From positions 930,001 through 994,000 of the forward strand of contig CM035355.1 in assembly GCA_020137815.1 (NCBI GenBank): DNA of 64,000 nucleotides, read 5' to 3'. This DNA is from Hormiphora californensis. Its lineage: Eukaryota > Animalia > Ctenophora. This document shows, piece by piece, positions 1 to 16,385 of the stretch. The notes beneath the pieces are model-generated. The model did no database searches. It was not told where the DNA came from and saw nothing but the letters and a program-made list of their open reading frames with translations. Both the position numbers and the translations under genes were made by a program. Numbering within the stretch: position 1 is the first letter of the stretch; the number at the start of each line of letters is the position of its first letter.

Positions 1-99
1 TTACCCCTTCTCTAATTGTCTAATATTTTAATCCACCCTTTCTTCTCAACCCCACGGCCCACACACAGACACACATTGATATTTTATCCTCCCACTCAG

Positions 100-1682
<1,583 letters not shown>

Positions 1683-1849
1683 TTGTTATTAGAGTTTTCT
1701 AGACCGATAGTATAGAGAGTTATTTATAGTATATGTGAGTGAGTTATAAATTGGTCTTTATGTGTATAATAGCACATATTGCATGGTGTATCACAGACTA
1801 TTATAACATTCCCACACGATTGATGTGACTGTATGAGTTATAAAGAGAT

Positions 1850-2808
1850 AAAGTACTCCCCAAACTACTATGTCCCTCTCTCGGGTTTTGTGAAATTTCC
1901 CACGGTCATAATTCCACTGGGGGGGGGGGGTTATCATGGTGACAAATGGTGACAGATGGTGACAAATGGTGACTCATCTGACCATTTAGAGTATGTCACC
2001 ATGACCATTTGTCACCATTTGTCACCATTTATCTCCATTTGTCACCATTTGTCACCATTTGTCTCCATTTTTTGACGAAATATGCGGATTTTGGCAGAAT
2101 TTCTTTAAAATTTTTAAAGAAATTTGATTAAAATTTTTAATTTCTTTAGACCGATATATTTGTTCATAAGTTGTTAACATGGCCATTCCAGATCGGCTAG
2201 TAGTGTTTTAGACCGCTAAAACTTCCCGAAAGTCACGTTTAGGGTGTACCTCCCTCGCACAACACATAAAAGCGCAATTAACCACCTGTGACCCCTTAAT
2301 TACATCCAATCGACTTGAAACTTGGTAGAAGTGTCCCCCAGTGTCCCATAACATCATATTATGTCCCATAACATCATATTATGCCTGTAGGAAGCTCCAG
2401 AGAGAATGGTGACAAATGGTGACTCATCTCAAAATTTTGGTCATGTCACCATCACCATTTGTCACCATATGTCACCATTTGTCACCATTTGTCACCATGA
2501 TTACCCCCCCATTCCACTCCCTGATGAGATAAAGACTTGAAATTTGTTTTGTAGGAAGAACTTGACATGATCTCCTCACAAAACAAATTTCAAGTCTCTA
2601 TCTCATCAGGGGGTGGAGCTATGGCTGTCTAAAATCCTTGCCATGCTACGCAGTCTGTCTATCGGCACTTAAGCTTACGCTCGCCCTTCGGGCTCGCGTA
2701 AGCTCGCACCGGGCCTTCGGCCCGGTGTGAGAGCTGACAGACAAGCAACATGTCAATAAAATCCGGTCGTGCGCAGCAAGGGACATAATAGTTTGGGAGG
2801 ACCTTTAG
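1850..2808. mobile_element. Non-autonomous TIR element (host of a nested MITE)
   Basis: The left end aaagtactccccaaactactatgtccct is an imperfect inverted repeat of the right end agggacataatagtttgggaggaccttt. There is an internal long hairpin at 2520-2612 and a double cTTCGg hairpin module at ~2670-2730. Confidence 0.6.
1919..2510. mobile_element. MITE with GG-terminal TIRs and 8-bp TSD (Merlin/hAT-type TSD length)
   Basis: TIRs are gggg..ttatcatggtgacaaatgg / ccatttgtcaccatgattaccccccc. The exact TSD attccact sits at 1911-1918 and 2511-2518. Subterminal 10-bp repeats (atggtgacaa) occur in both orientations. Confidence 0.85.
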
Positions 2809-3998
2809 TAAGCTAGGTTTTTATGTGAGACAACAGTTTTTACGTTTCTTGATATGTATTTCAATGGCAGCTATATGTTAACGATCTAGCTTTGGTATAT
2901 GCTTTATTATAAAACTGTGGTTATTCCTGTTGTTATTGAGAGATGCACGCTGCCATCTGTCAAACAGATGTTCTACAACTTCAATAGCATCAATTTGATG
3001 ACTCATTATATTTGCTATAATTATTAAAAATAGCAGCGTGCATCTCCAGTGTCAATTGTCAAATAGAGAGGTTCAGATGATGCCACTGCGCCCATCGGAT
3101 CTGAGACTTTTGGTAGAGCCCTGTCTGGCGGCGCCAGACCCCCATTTGATTTTAAAATCTGAGCACGCGACAGTGCACTCAGATGGGGTCGCGGCGCCAG
3201 ACAGGTAGAAGAGCCGGGGCATGACCCGAGTATAACAGGAGATAATGGTTGGGCACCGTAGATACTTGTTAGAGTGATAGACCCTTCATATATATATATT
3301 CACTGTCAGTGCGATATACCGGTCCAGTTATCACTAATACTGGACAGCCTGACCAGTGGTCAGGTTCTGTGTTGTTCAAACGGAGAGTTGAACAAGACAA
3401 GTTCTGAGCACGATCACACGATGCATGACTCGCGGAGAATAGGGTCAGGCCAACGCTCTGAGTTCTGACAGCCCCTCCATCAGTTACTTGTTTCCCTTAG
3501 TCGGTCAAACGGAAACACGGTGTATTTATATTGGGTATTGTATGTAATTCTGTTAACAATAACATCGGTCAAATAAACACGGTACAGACACGTGTGCCTG
3601 GTTTGAGATTATAACACGTCCCTAACACAACACAATGCACGGACACACAACAGTCTAACACACTCACACACTGTCAGGCCAAAGCTCTGACAGCTCACAC
3701 ATTCATGACTGTGTGAGTTAGTGTGACTACTGACTAGTCACACACACTAACTCACTCACTCACACATACAGATCTCACTCCCACGTCACCCTGTAGCTGC
3801 ACTGCAGCATTTTGTTGAAAAACTAGCTCACTTCCCATTTAAATACTCGAATCTCCATATAATATACTACATAGCTTGGTCCCCTCTCTAATCTCCATAT
3901 AATATACTAAAGCATCTAGCAGTATTATCTCTATACACAAACAATGAAATGAAACTCAACCAGCATAAAAACTCTCTCTCTCTCTCTCTCTCGTCCCT

Positions 3999-5342
<1,344 letters not shown>

Positions 5343-5498
5343 CTATCGAAAAATCACAATTCAATACAAAATTACAAATCATAATATCATTTTCAACCTA
5401 TCTGAATCATCTGATTTAAAAATAAAAATGGCCGGTGCGTCTGAATAAGAAATGTACAAAAAGCTGTGACAAAATATACAAAATAAGGTATAAAACTG

Positions 5499-6827
5499 TT
5501 AATAAACATTGTCCCGGAGAGTATTAATAGATTCCATGACCCACTCAATCCCCTTCCTTCTCTCCACTCCATCCCAGCACCCCTGCATTAGCTCATTCAC
5601 CGCCTTGGTCCACCCGTCCCCTCCCCTAAACAATACCGGTCTCTGTGTTGCATCCCTTGTAAAGAATTCTCCCATCATCTCCAGGTTGATCGGCCGGGCC
5701 TTGCTAACCAACACCCCTCCCCACAATATGGTCTTGTCTTGTTTATGAAACTTGAGGTTTAACGACTTGCACAGCTCTCGTATCAGCGGTACATGCGTGC
5801 TGGTACTACACAAAACCTGTTTTCTCATCTGTCCAATATCAGTAGTGAGGACTGAGGATTGGGTTGCGTGGGAGATAAGTGGGACTCCCTGTTCCCCCAG
5901 TGCATTGATACTGTGTCTACACTGGGCCCACGTGGTACACTCCCAGATCAACAGACCCAGGGTGTAGATATCATGGGACATGTATTGGTTAAGTGTGAAT
6001 GGGGGAACTCCTAGTACTATCTCCGGCGCTAGGTAGGGAGGTGTTCCGAAGGCTTTACTAGCGAATACTTGGGGAGGGAAATCTCGATCTACGGCGTGAT
6101 CAAAATCACCTATTTTAGGGACCGGTACACCTAGTTCCCATTGCACCATAACATTATCCGTCTTTAGATCCCTGTGCGATATGTTGAGGGAGTGAATGTA
6201 TTTCAGACCTTGAGCAACACCCGTCAGGAGATCGGTTATGTATTGCCGAGTCATATCGTGGCCTCTAGTCAGAAGAAAGGAATGTAAGTTACCCGCCTGA
6301 CACAACTCCATACAGTAGAAGAGTGCAGGGGGTGTCAGGGGAGTGAGAGTTGATGGAATCTTAATCTCAGGTTTGTTCCCCATTTTACACCAAAGATAAC
6401 TGACAATGTTATCATGCTGTAGACCACTGTGTAGCTGTATTTCAAAAGGGTTCAGACACTCCTTCAGAAACCCTGTGTTATCATTACTCCAAGATATTTT
6501 AGACAGGAACATCTTTCTGTGTGGGACCATACTGACACAAGTCACCAAGTCCGGGAGCATGGATACAGCATTACCTCCCATCCCTACTGCTGATAGGACA
6601 AGAGAGGAAGAGGGGGCAGCGAGACGGGATGAAAAGTAGTACTGGAAGTTCTTGATCACTGAAGTGTGATCTTGGTCGTCAGGTTCTTGTTGTTTCTTTC
6701 CCCTGCTGTACAAGACTATCAGATTCCCAATAAAGAAGGCAACATTCAGGGCAAGCAGAAAAGATAAAGCAAGAAGGATTTCCGTTTGCTGTCTCTGATC
6801 GTCAGTAAACATGGTATGAGCAAACAC
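5499..6827 (-). CDS. Intronless N-terminally membrane-anchored protein kinase (TKL / TGF-beta-receptor-kinase-like)
   Basis: Hydrophobic segment ILLALSFLLALNVAFFIGNLIVLY. Kinase motifs are LQHDNIV, GNLHSFL, SHRDLKTDNVMV, KIGDFD, GTPPYLAPE and DIYTLGLLIWE...CW. Confidence 0.85.
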   Translation of the reverse strand: MFAHTMFTDDQRQQTEILLALSFLLALNVAFFIGNLIVLYSRGKKQQEPDDQDHTSVIKNFQYYFSSRLAAPSSSLVLSAVGMGGNAVSMLPDLVTCVSMVPHRKMFLSKISWSNDNTGFLKECLNPFEIQLHSGLQHDNIVSYLWCKMGNKPEIKIPSTLTPLTPPALFYCMELCQAGNLHSFLLTRGHDMTRQYITDLLTGVAQGLKYIHSLNISHRDLKTDNVMVQWELGVPVPKIGDFDHAVDRDFPPQVFASKAFGTPPYLAPEIVLGVPPFTLNQYMSHDIYTLGLLIWECTTWAQCRHSINALGEQGVPLISHATQSSVLTTDIGQMRKQVLCSTSTHVPLIRELCKSLNLKFHKQDKTILWGGVLVSKARPINLEMMGEFFTRDATQRPVLFRGGDGWTKAVNELMQGCWDGVERRKGIEWVMESINTLRDNVY

Positions 6828-7310
6828 ACACTACACGCACAGTGCAGTTGCAGAAGAAGGCAGCAAGATCGGTCGGTCGGTTTGTGTGTAGGCTGGAGCA
6901 ATACTTAGGCAATACCTCGCTCCAAATATGGAATAATCGGTCTCGCGCGGCGCGTGACGCGCACGAAAATGCTGTACTTTGCACTTAACGACGCGCAGCA
7001 AATGTAGTTCTTTTTGCGTTTCTCGCCGGTTGTTTGGTACCTCTCAGACGGTCATACACACACAGGGCCCGATTTGTGAAAAACACACAGCCCCATTTCC
7101 CGACTGCCCTTACTTTATGCTATAATTCATTATTTATTGCTAATTTATGCTGCTCTTTATTGATTTGCTCATTTTCACATGTTTTGACAATGATTGTTTA
7201 CACTCCGACTCCCACTTTTCTGAAAACAGTATGTTGCTACCCTTGATATTACCCCGTGCTATTTCTCTCTGATAATTGCTATCACTGTTAACATCCTACT
7301 ATTATAGACT

Positions 7311-9260
7311 ATGACACATATCGAGTTAGCGGCACTATTTCCTGAAGTGGACGGATCCACCCCTCTCTCAGCTGGAACCTCAACCCGACCCCAACCATCT
7401 CTCATACTAGTGCTGTCATCTACCTCAAAATCAAAGGAAATCCAGTCAGATCTCACGAAACTAGGAATTTCCTGTTATTTTGAAAACTCTGGCAATCGAA
7501 CATTTGCCTGCCTATATCTAAATGAGAAGAGTGCTTCTGATCTAGCTGAGAAGTTCTGTTATCATGTTCCAACCCGAACAATAAACGTCTCCAAGGGTGC
7601 GTGGTGGGACAAGGTCTACTCGCTGTGGCAGTATGGTAGTTTCTGTTATGCTGGCTATTACACCCTCTCTGTTCCATACACCAGGGATCTAGGTGCTAGA
7701 AGTGAACTAAGTACAGTGAGGGTACAAGCAGAACTAATAGAGGCCACTCTGAGAGAAGCTGGGTTTCTGGAGGGGTGGTCAGAGCATGTAATGGATACAT
7801 TCGTCCCCCACACTCCCTCAGTCGACACATTAATGGGCGACTCCAGGTTGTTTCCCCTTCATTCCTTCAGAGACTACTTCGGTGAGGAGCTGGCTTACGT
7901 GTACGGGTGGAGTAACTTCTGGGTGGTTCGAGGTCTCCTCCCTATCTCTCTATTCGCTGTCCTGTCCTTCATCTATGGGTTGGTAGAGGTGGCTAACAAG
8001 CACAACAAAGTGCTGCTTGGGGAGGTCAGTAGCTTCTGGAAGATTATTAGACTCCTAATTAACCACCCCATGACAGACGCGTATGCCATGTTCATGGTAT
8101 TGTGGGCGGCTGTCTGCCAATACTCGTGGTCTAAATCCCAGCCCAAACTGGGGATACAATGGGGAGTTAGTACCTACAACCTAGAGGAGCACACACTAAG
8201 GAGGGGAAAGAAGCGACCTGTAATGATTCCTAAACTACTGATTTCAATGTTGGGGTTTATCTTTGCAGCCGTTATTGGCTCAGCCCTGTTTGTCCTGACT
8301 GAGATTGTAATGAGAGTGATGCTGAATAAACTGGAGTTCAAAGGGATGATAAACGAGTATAAGACAACTATAATATCTTTCATTTGTTCCCTATTCTACT
8401 CTGTCCTGAACATTATATCCAGTATCTGGTTAATTCCCATCTGTTCCAGATTCCTCACAGATCTAGAACACCACAGATTCCTTTCCTTCTACAACTCCAG
8501 TTTGGTACTCAAAGTGACCGGATATAACCTTGTCTCCTCCTATTTCTACCTGGCCTATCTCACATTTGATATCAACAGATGGTTAGCAGACCAACTAGAT
8601 ACAGATCTAGATGCAGGACTGGACGACTGTAAGAACGGGATATGTTCTATCACCATCATCCAACAACTAGTTATCCAAATGTTAGTCCTCCGTCTAGTTC
8701 CACTGGGTAAAGCATTCTGTATGTGGTTGTACAGTGTAGTGGTCAAGTCCCGTGATACTACAAGTACAACATCCCCTACAAGTTCACATGATCTCAGCTA
8801 CATTCTGGAGAACTACCAAAGTGCCAGGAACACAACCACAATATTCAACATGAGTGATAGAGTCCTGATGTATGGGTATGTGGTGATATTCTCCTACCAT
8901 TTCCCACCAGCAGCTCCCCTGGCCCTGTTGTTGGAGGTGCTAGTTACCAAATTAGAGATACAACTCCTCACCCGATCTCAGAGACCCAGTCCCCGGAGAT
9001 GCAGCAATATGGAAACTTGGGATGGGGTGGTGTATCTTATAAACACTATCGGTATCCTAACTAACTCGTTTCTCTTTTCTAAGATGGTGGCAGATGGTAG
9101 TAGCAGTGTGTTACTGATTGTTCAGAACTGTCTAGTGGTTTTGTGTACCCTGATATTTGTACAGAAGCATAGTGCGGGGGATGGGGTTCAGCATATGTTG
9201 CATAGACAACACAACGCTACTGCTGCACGTGTCGACAAACAACAGGCAACCACCTTGTGA
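7311..9260 (+). CDS. Intronless divergent anoctamin/TMEM16 family protein
   Basis: FRDYFGEELAYVYGW (cf. IRDYFGEKIALYFAW), LTDLEHHR...YNSSLVLKV...YFYLAY, YGYVVIFSYHFPPAAPLALL, QRPSPRRCSNMETW and ILTN. Multiple TM segments. Confidence 0.9.
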   Translation: MTHIELAALFPEVDGSTPLSAGTSTRPQPSLILVLSSTSKSKEIQSDLTKLGISCYFENSGNRTFACLYLNEKSASDLAEKFCYHVPTRTINVSKGAWWDKVYSLWQYGSFCYAGYYTLSVPYTRDLGARSELSTVRVQAELIEATLREAGFLEGWSEHVMDTFVPHTPSVDTLMGDSRLFPLHSFRDYFGEELAYVYGWSNFWVVRGLLPISLFAVLSFIYGLVEVANKHNKVLLGEVSSFWKIIRLLINHPMTDAYAMFMVLWAAVCQYSWSKSQPKLGIQWGVSTYNLEEHTLRRGKKRPVMIPKLLISMLGFIFAAVIGSALFVLTEIVMRVMLNKLEFKGMINEYKTTIISFICSLFYSVLNIISSIWLIPICSRFLTDLEHHRFLSFYNSSLVLKVTGYNLVSSYFYLAYLTFDINRWLADQLDTDLDAGLDDCKNGICSITIIQQLVIQMLVLRLVPLGKAFCMWLYSVVVKSRDTTSTTSPTSSHDLSYILENYQSARNTTTIFNMSDRVLMYGYVVIFSYHFPPAAPLALLLEVLVTKLEIQLLTRSQRPSPRRCSNMETWDGVVYLINTIGILTNSFLFSKMVADGSSSVLLIVQNCLVVLCTLIFVQKHSAGDGVQHMLHRQHNATAARVDKQQATTL

Positions 9261-9265
9261 AGGAT

Positions 9266-12200
9266 GATGACGACACAATGTGGGTACAATGGCGACACAA
9301 TGTGGACAAAATGACGACACAATGTGGATACAATGACGACACAATGTGAATACAATGACGACACAATGTGAATACAATGACGACACAATGTGGATACAAT
9401 GACGACACAATGTGTGGATACAATGACGACACAATGTGTGGATACAATGACGACACAATGTGGATACAATGACGACACAATGTGGATACAATGACGACAC
9501 AATGTGTGGATACAATGACGACACAATGTGGATACAATGACGACACAGTGTGGATACAATGACGACACAATGTGGATACAATGACGACACAATGTGAATA
9601 CAATGACGACACAATGTGGATACAATGACGACACAATGTGTGGATACAATGACGACACAATGTGTGGATACAATGACGACACAATGTGGATACAATGACG
9701 ACACAATGTGGATACAATGACGACACAATGTGTGGATACAATGACGACACAATGTGGATACAATGACGACACAGTGTGGATACAATGACGACACAATGTG
9801 GATACAATGACGACACAATGTGGATACAATGACGACACAATGTGGATACAATGACGACACAATGTGGATACAATGACGACACAATGTGGATACAATGACG
9901 ACACAATGTGGATACAATGACGACACAATGTGGATACAATGACGACACAATGTGGATACAATGACGACACAATGTGGATACAATGACGACACAATGTGGG
10001 TACAATGACGACACAGTGTGGATACAATGACGACACAATGTGGATACAATGACGACACAATGTGGATACAATGACGACACAATGTGGATACAATGACGAC
10101 ACAATGTGGATACAATGACGACACAATGTGGATACAATGACGACACAATGTGGGTACAATGACGACACAGTGTGGATACAATGACGACACAATGTGGATA
10201 CAATGACGACACAATGTGGATACAATGACGACACAATGTGGATACAATGACGACACAATGTGGATACAATGACGACACAATGTGGATACAATGACGACAT
10301 AATGTGGATACAATGACGACATAATGTGGATACAATGACGACACAATGTGGATACAATGACGACACAATGTGTATACAATGACGACACAATGTGGATACA
10401 ATGACGACACAATGTGGGTACAATGACGACACAATGTGGATACAATGACGACACAATGTGGATACAATGACGACACAATGTGGATACAATGACGACACAA
10501 CGTGTGGATACAATGACGACACAATGTGGATACAATGACGACACAATGTGGATACAATGACGACACAATGTGGATACAATGACGACATAATGTGGATACA
10601 ATGACGACATAATGTGGATACAATGACGACACAATGTGGATACAATGACGACACAATGTGGATACAATGACGACACAATGTGGATACAATGACGACACAA
10701 TGTGGATACAATGACGACACAATGTGTGGATACAATGACGACACAATGTGGATACAATGACGACATAATGTGGATACAATGACGACACAATGTGGATACA
10801 ATGACGACACAATGTGTGGATACAATGACGACACAATGTGGATACAATGACGACACAATGTGGATACAATGACGACACAATGTGGATACAATGACGACAC
10901 AATGTGGATACAATGACGACACAATGTGGATACAATGACGACACAATGTGGATACAATGACGACACAATGTGGATACAATGACGACACAATGTGGATACA
11001 ATGACGACACAATGTGGATACAATGACGACACAATGTGGATACAATGACGACACAATGTGGATACAATGACGACACAATGTGGATACAATGACGACACAA
11101 TGTGGATACAATGACGACACAATGTGGATACAATGACGACACAATGTGGATACAATGACGACACAATGTGGATACAATGACGACACAATGTGGATACAAT
11201 GACGACACAATGTGGATACAATGACGACACAATGTGGATACAATGACGACACAATGTGGATACAATGACGACACAATGTGGATACAATGACGACACAATG
11301 TGGATACAATGACGACACAATGTGGATACAATGACGACACAATGTGTGGATACAATGACGACACAATGTGGATACAATGACGACATAATGTGGATACAAT
11401 GACGACACAATGTGGATACAATGACGACACAATGTGTGGATACAATGACGACACTATGTGTGGATACAATGACGACACTATGTGTGGATACAATGACGAC
11501 ACAATGTGGATACAATGACGACACAATGTGGATACAATGACGACATAATGTGGATACAATGACGACATAATGTGGATACAATGACGACACAATGTGGATA
11601 CAATGACGACACAATGCGGATACAATGACGACACTATGTGGATACAATGACGACACAATGTGGATACAATGACGACACAATGTGGACAAAATGACGACAC
11701 AATGTGGATACAATGACGACACAATGTGAATACAATGACGACACAATGTGAATACAATGACGACACAATGTGGATACAATGACGACACAATGTGTGGATA
11801 CAATGACGACACAATGTGTGGATACAATGACGACACAATGTGGATACAATGACGACACAATGTGGATACAATGACGACACAATGTGTGGATACAATGACG
11901 ACACAATGTGGATACAATGACGACACAGTGTGGATACAATGACGACACAATGTGGATACAATGACGACACAATGTGGATACAATGACGACACAATGTGGA
12001 TACAATGACGACACAATGTGGATACAATGACGACACAATGTGTGGATACAATGACGACACAATGTGGATACAATGACGACACAATGTGGATACAATGTTG
12101 ATACAATGTGGATACAATGACGACACAATGTGGATACAATGACGACACGATACATGTGGATACAATGACGACACAATGTGGATACAATGACGACACAATG

Positions 12201-13070
12201 TGGATACAATGACGACACAATGTGGATACAATGACGACACAATGTGGATACAATGACGACATAATGTGGATACAATGACGACACAATGTGGATACAATGA
12301 CGACACAATGTGTGGATACAATGACGACACTATGTGTGGATACAATGACGACACTATGTGTGGATACAATGACGACACAATGTGGATACAATGACGACAC
12401 AATGTGGATACAATGACGACATAATGTGGATACAATGACGACATAATGTGGATACAATGACGACACAATGTGGATACAATGACGACACAATGCGGATACA
12501 ATGACGACACTATGTGGATACAATGACGACACAATGTGGATACAATGACGACACAATGTGGATACAATGACGACACAATGTGTGGATACAATGACGACAC
12601 AATGTGGATACAATGACGACACAATGTGGATACAATGACGACACAATGTGGATACAATGACGACACAATGTGGATACAATGACGACACTATGTGTGGATA
12701 CAATGACGACACAATGTGGATACAATGACGACACAATGTGGATACAATGACGACATAATGTGGATACAATGACGACATAATGTGGATACAATGACGACAC
12801 AATGTGGATACAATGACGACACAATGCGGATACAATGACGACACTATGTGGATACAATGACGGCACAATGTGGATACAATGACGACACAATGTGGATACA
12901 ATGACGACACAATGTGGATACAATGACGACACAATGTGGATACAATGACGACACAATGTGGATACAATGACGACACAATGTGTGGATACAATGACGACAC
13001 AATGTGGATACAATGACGACACAATGTGGATACAATGACGACACAATGTGGATACAATGACGACACAATG
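9266..13070. repeat. ~3.8-kb satellite of 22-bp units (GATACAATGAC GACACAATGTG)
   Basis: About 170 units, each made of two related 11-mers. Variant units (+TG, cata, cta, gaat) recur in blocks. Confidence 0.97.
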
Positions 13071-14005
13071 ATAACTCACCAGCACTGTAATGTATAATTG
13101 GCCATCTTTCTAAAGGGGTAGGAGGGTTGAGGAACTGTGTGTTGCATGGTGAATGAAGTGTGCGGAGAAATGAAAGACGATTTTTAAAGATGATGTATTA
13201 TCATTATGGGCATGTTTACACGTCCTACATTGTATTGGGGGGGGGGGGATTGCATGTATAAATAATGAAGTGTGTATTGTGTGTGTACTTGGTGTGTGGG
13301 ATTGTGTGTGAACTGTTTTATAGATTTCTGTTTTAACAAACTCTGTTCCAAAATGCAAAACAAAAGGCGGTGTTTTATTGGAAACTATAAAACAAATTGG
13401 GATGGTATACATGGTAATACACTGGGTGTAGCATGTCCTGTCAGGGTCTCAACTCGCGTCTACACAGTGAGTTCTCTAGTTTGTATCAGACACCCTCAAT
13501 TCACTCAGATAATAATTCTGAAAAGTGTGGAGTGCAAACTAGACAAACTGGTAGACGTGGGGGGCGGGACTGACAATATGTTTCACTGTTCAAGTAAAAA
13601 GGGTGATGAGGAATATATAATTGTGTAAAAAACATCACCACTATACTCAGATTATATAGAATTATATATATCACGATATAGAAGTTGGAGGAATGTAATT
13701 AGTGTGTTATCCAACTCATTCATTCTGCTCTAGCAAAGCTTGGAATCTCGGCACTCACGCCTCATCTCTCTCTCTCTCTCTCTCACAAATTTAAATAAAG
13801 TGTACAAAGTAAAAACATGGGGGGAACAAACAAATAAGTTACCTAGATCTCTCTACCCGACACACCATATAAGGGAGGAACTATATTGATATAGTGGGTC
13901 AAGTCACACCTTATATCTGAACAATCTTCAAGCGACCATTATCTTCTGAACAAAAATAGTTCGATTTTAAATAACAATTCCCAAAACAGAGTCCTCACTA
14001 TGTCC

Positions 14006-15427
<1,422 letters not shown>

Positions 15428-15934
15428 ACCCCAAAGCGAGGCGACAAGACATCATACGAAAGCGATCGCATCGACCGTGGCCTGACCTACCGGCCGCCCG
15501 CTCTCTACATTTGTGGGAGAGAGTACTCGCCCTCTCTCCTAGCTTACATCCCATTGGTGTAATTTCATCCAGTGCGGAAACTTCAAAAGACATAAACTGA
15601 GTCGCGCGCAATTTAATGCAAAACACGCGCGCGTTTGTGCAAAAATGGAATTGCGCGTACGAAAACAGCCGATTTTCACTGAATTTGGATGGGGGACCTC
15701 TCATGGCCAGGTACTCCCCCACCTGAGACAGGGGAGGAAGAGTTGTTGAGGAAGGGGTGGGGGAGGTACTGGTAGAGTGGAAAAGGGAAGAGAAGACGAA
15801 AAAATTAAAAGGGACTAGGAGTTGCTGGGACTGGGAGGGAGTCTGACTCTCCCTCCCTCTCAGACTCTGAGTCAGAGGGAGTATGTCACACTGTGACACA
15901 GTGTTACTGTGAATCATATCATGTGACTCACACA

Positions 15935-16058
15935 TTGACATGTTCCTTGTCTGTCAGCTCTCACACCGGGCCGAAGGCCCGGTGCGAGCTTACGCGAGCC
16001 CGAAGGGCGAGCGTAAGCGATAGACAGACAGCGATAGACAGACTGCGTAGCATGGCAA
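15935..16058 (-). repeat. Dispersed repeat module with two cTTCGg-capped hairpins
   Basis: Reverse-complement copy of ~2638-2756 (gcccttcgggc and ccgggccttcggcccgg hairpins). Confidence 0.75.
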
Positions 16059-16385
16059 CTCACACAGGGGTGAATAGTTTAAAAAATGGACTGCACGTTT
16101 CCTCTGAATTCCGAGGAAACGTACAGTCCATTTCAGCTGAAATGAGAGCAAATAGAAAGAGTTTCTTGTCGAGTAAGTTACTCAATAACGGTCTCAATTA
16201 TAATTTCACAGTTTATATTTTTCTCAAATTATACGATCTGTTCTGAGTAGTGAGTGTTTCCTTATTTACATTCACGCAGCTGCCAGTGTCTCTCTATCTC
16301 TCTCTCTCTCTGTTTATACTGTCACTGATAATCCCACTCCACCCTGATCCAGCTAAATGTTTCCCTCAGCTCAGTCTCCTTTGCT

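Noticed and set aside
2520-2612. Hammerhead-like CTGATGAG...GAAA
   Set aside because: No stem II or stem III pairing. It is one arm of an internal MITE inverted repeat.
9266-13070. CRISPR-like array (also the 35-bp and 52-bp arrays)
   Set aside because: Units are head-to-tail with no unique spacers and no cas genes, in a eukaryotic context.
9132-13085. Very long Cys/His-rich minus-strand ORFs (up to 1292 aa)
   Set aside because: They are translations of the stop-free strand of a 22-bp satellite, open in all three frames with the same 22-aa period. There is no coding evidence.
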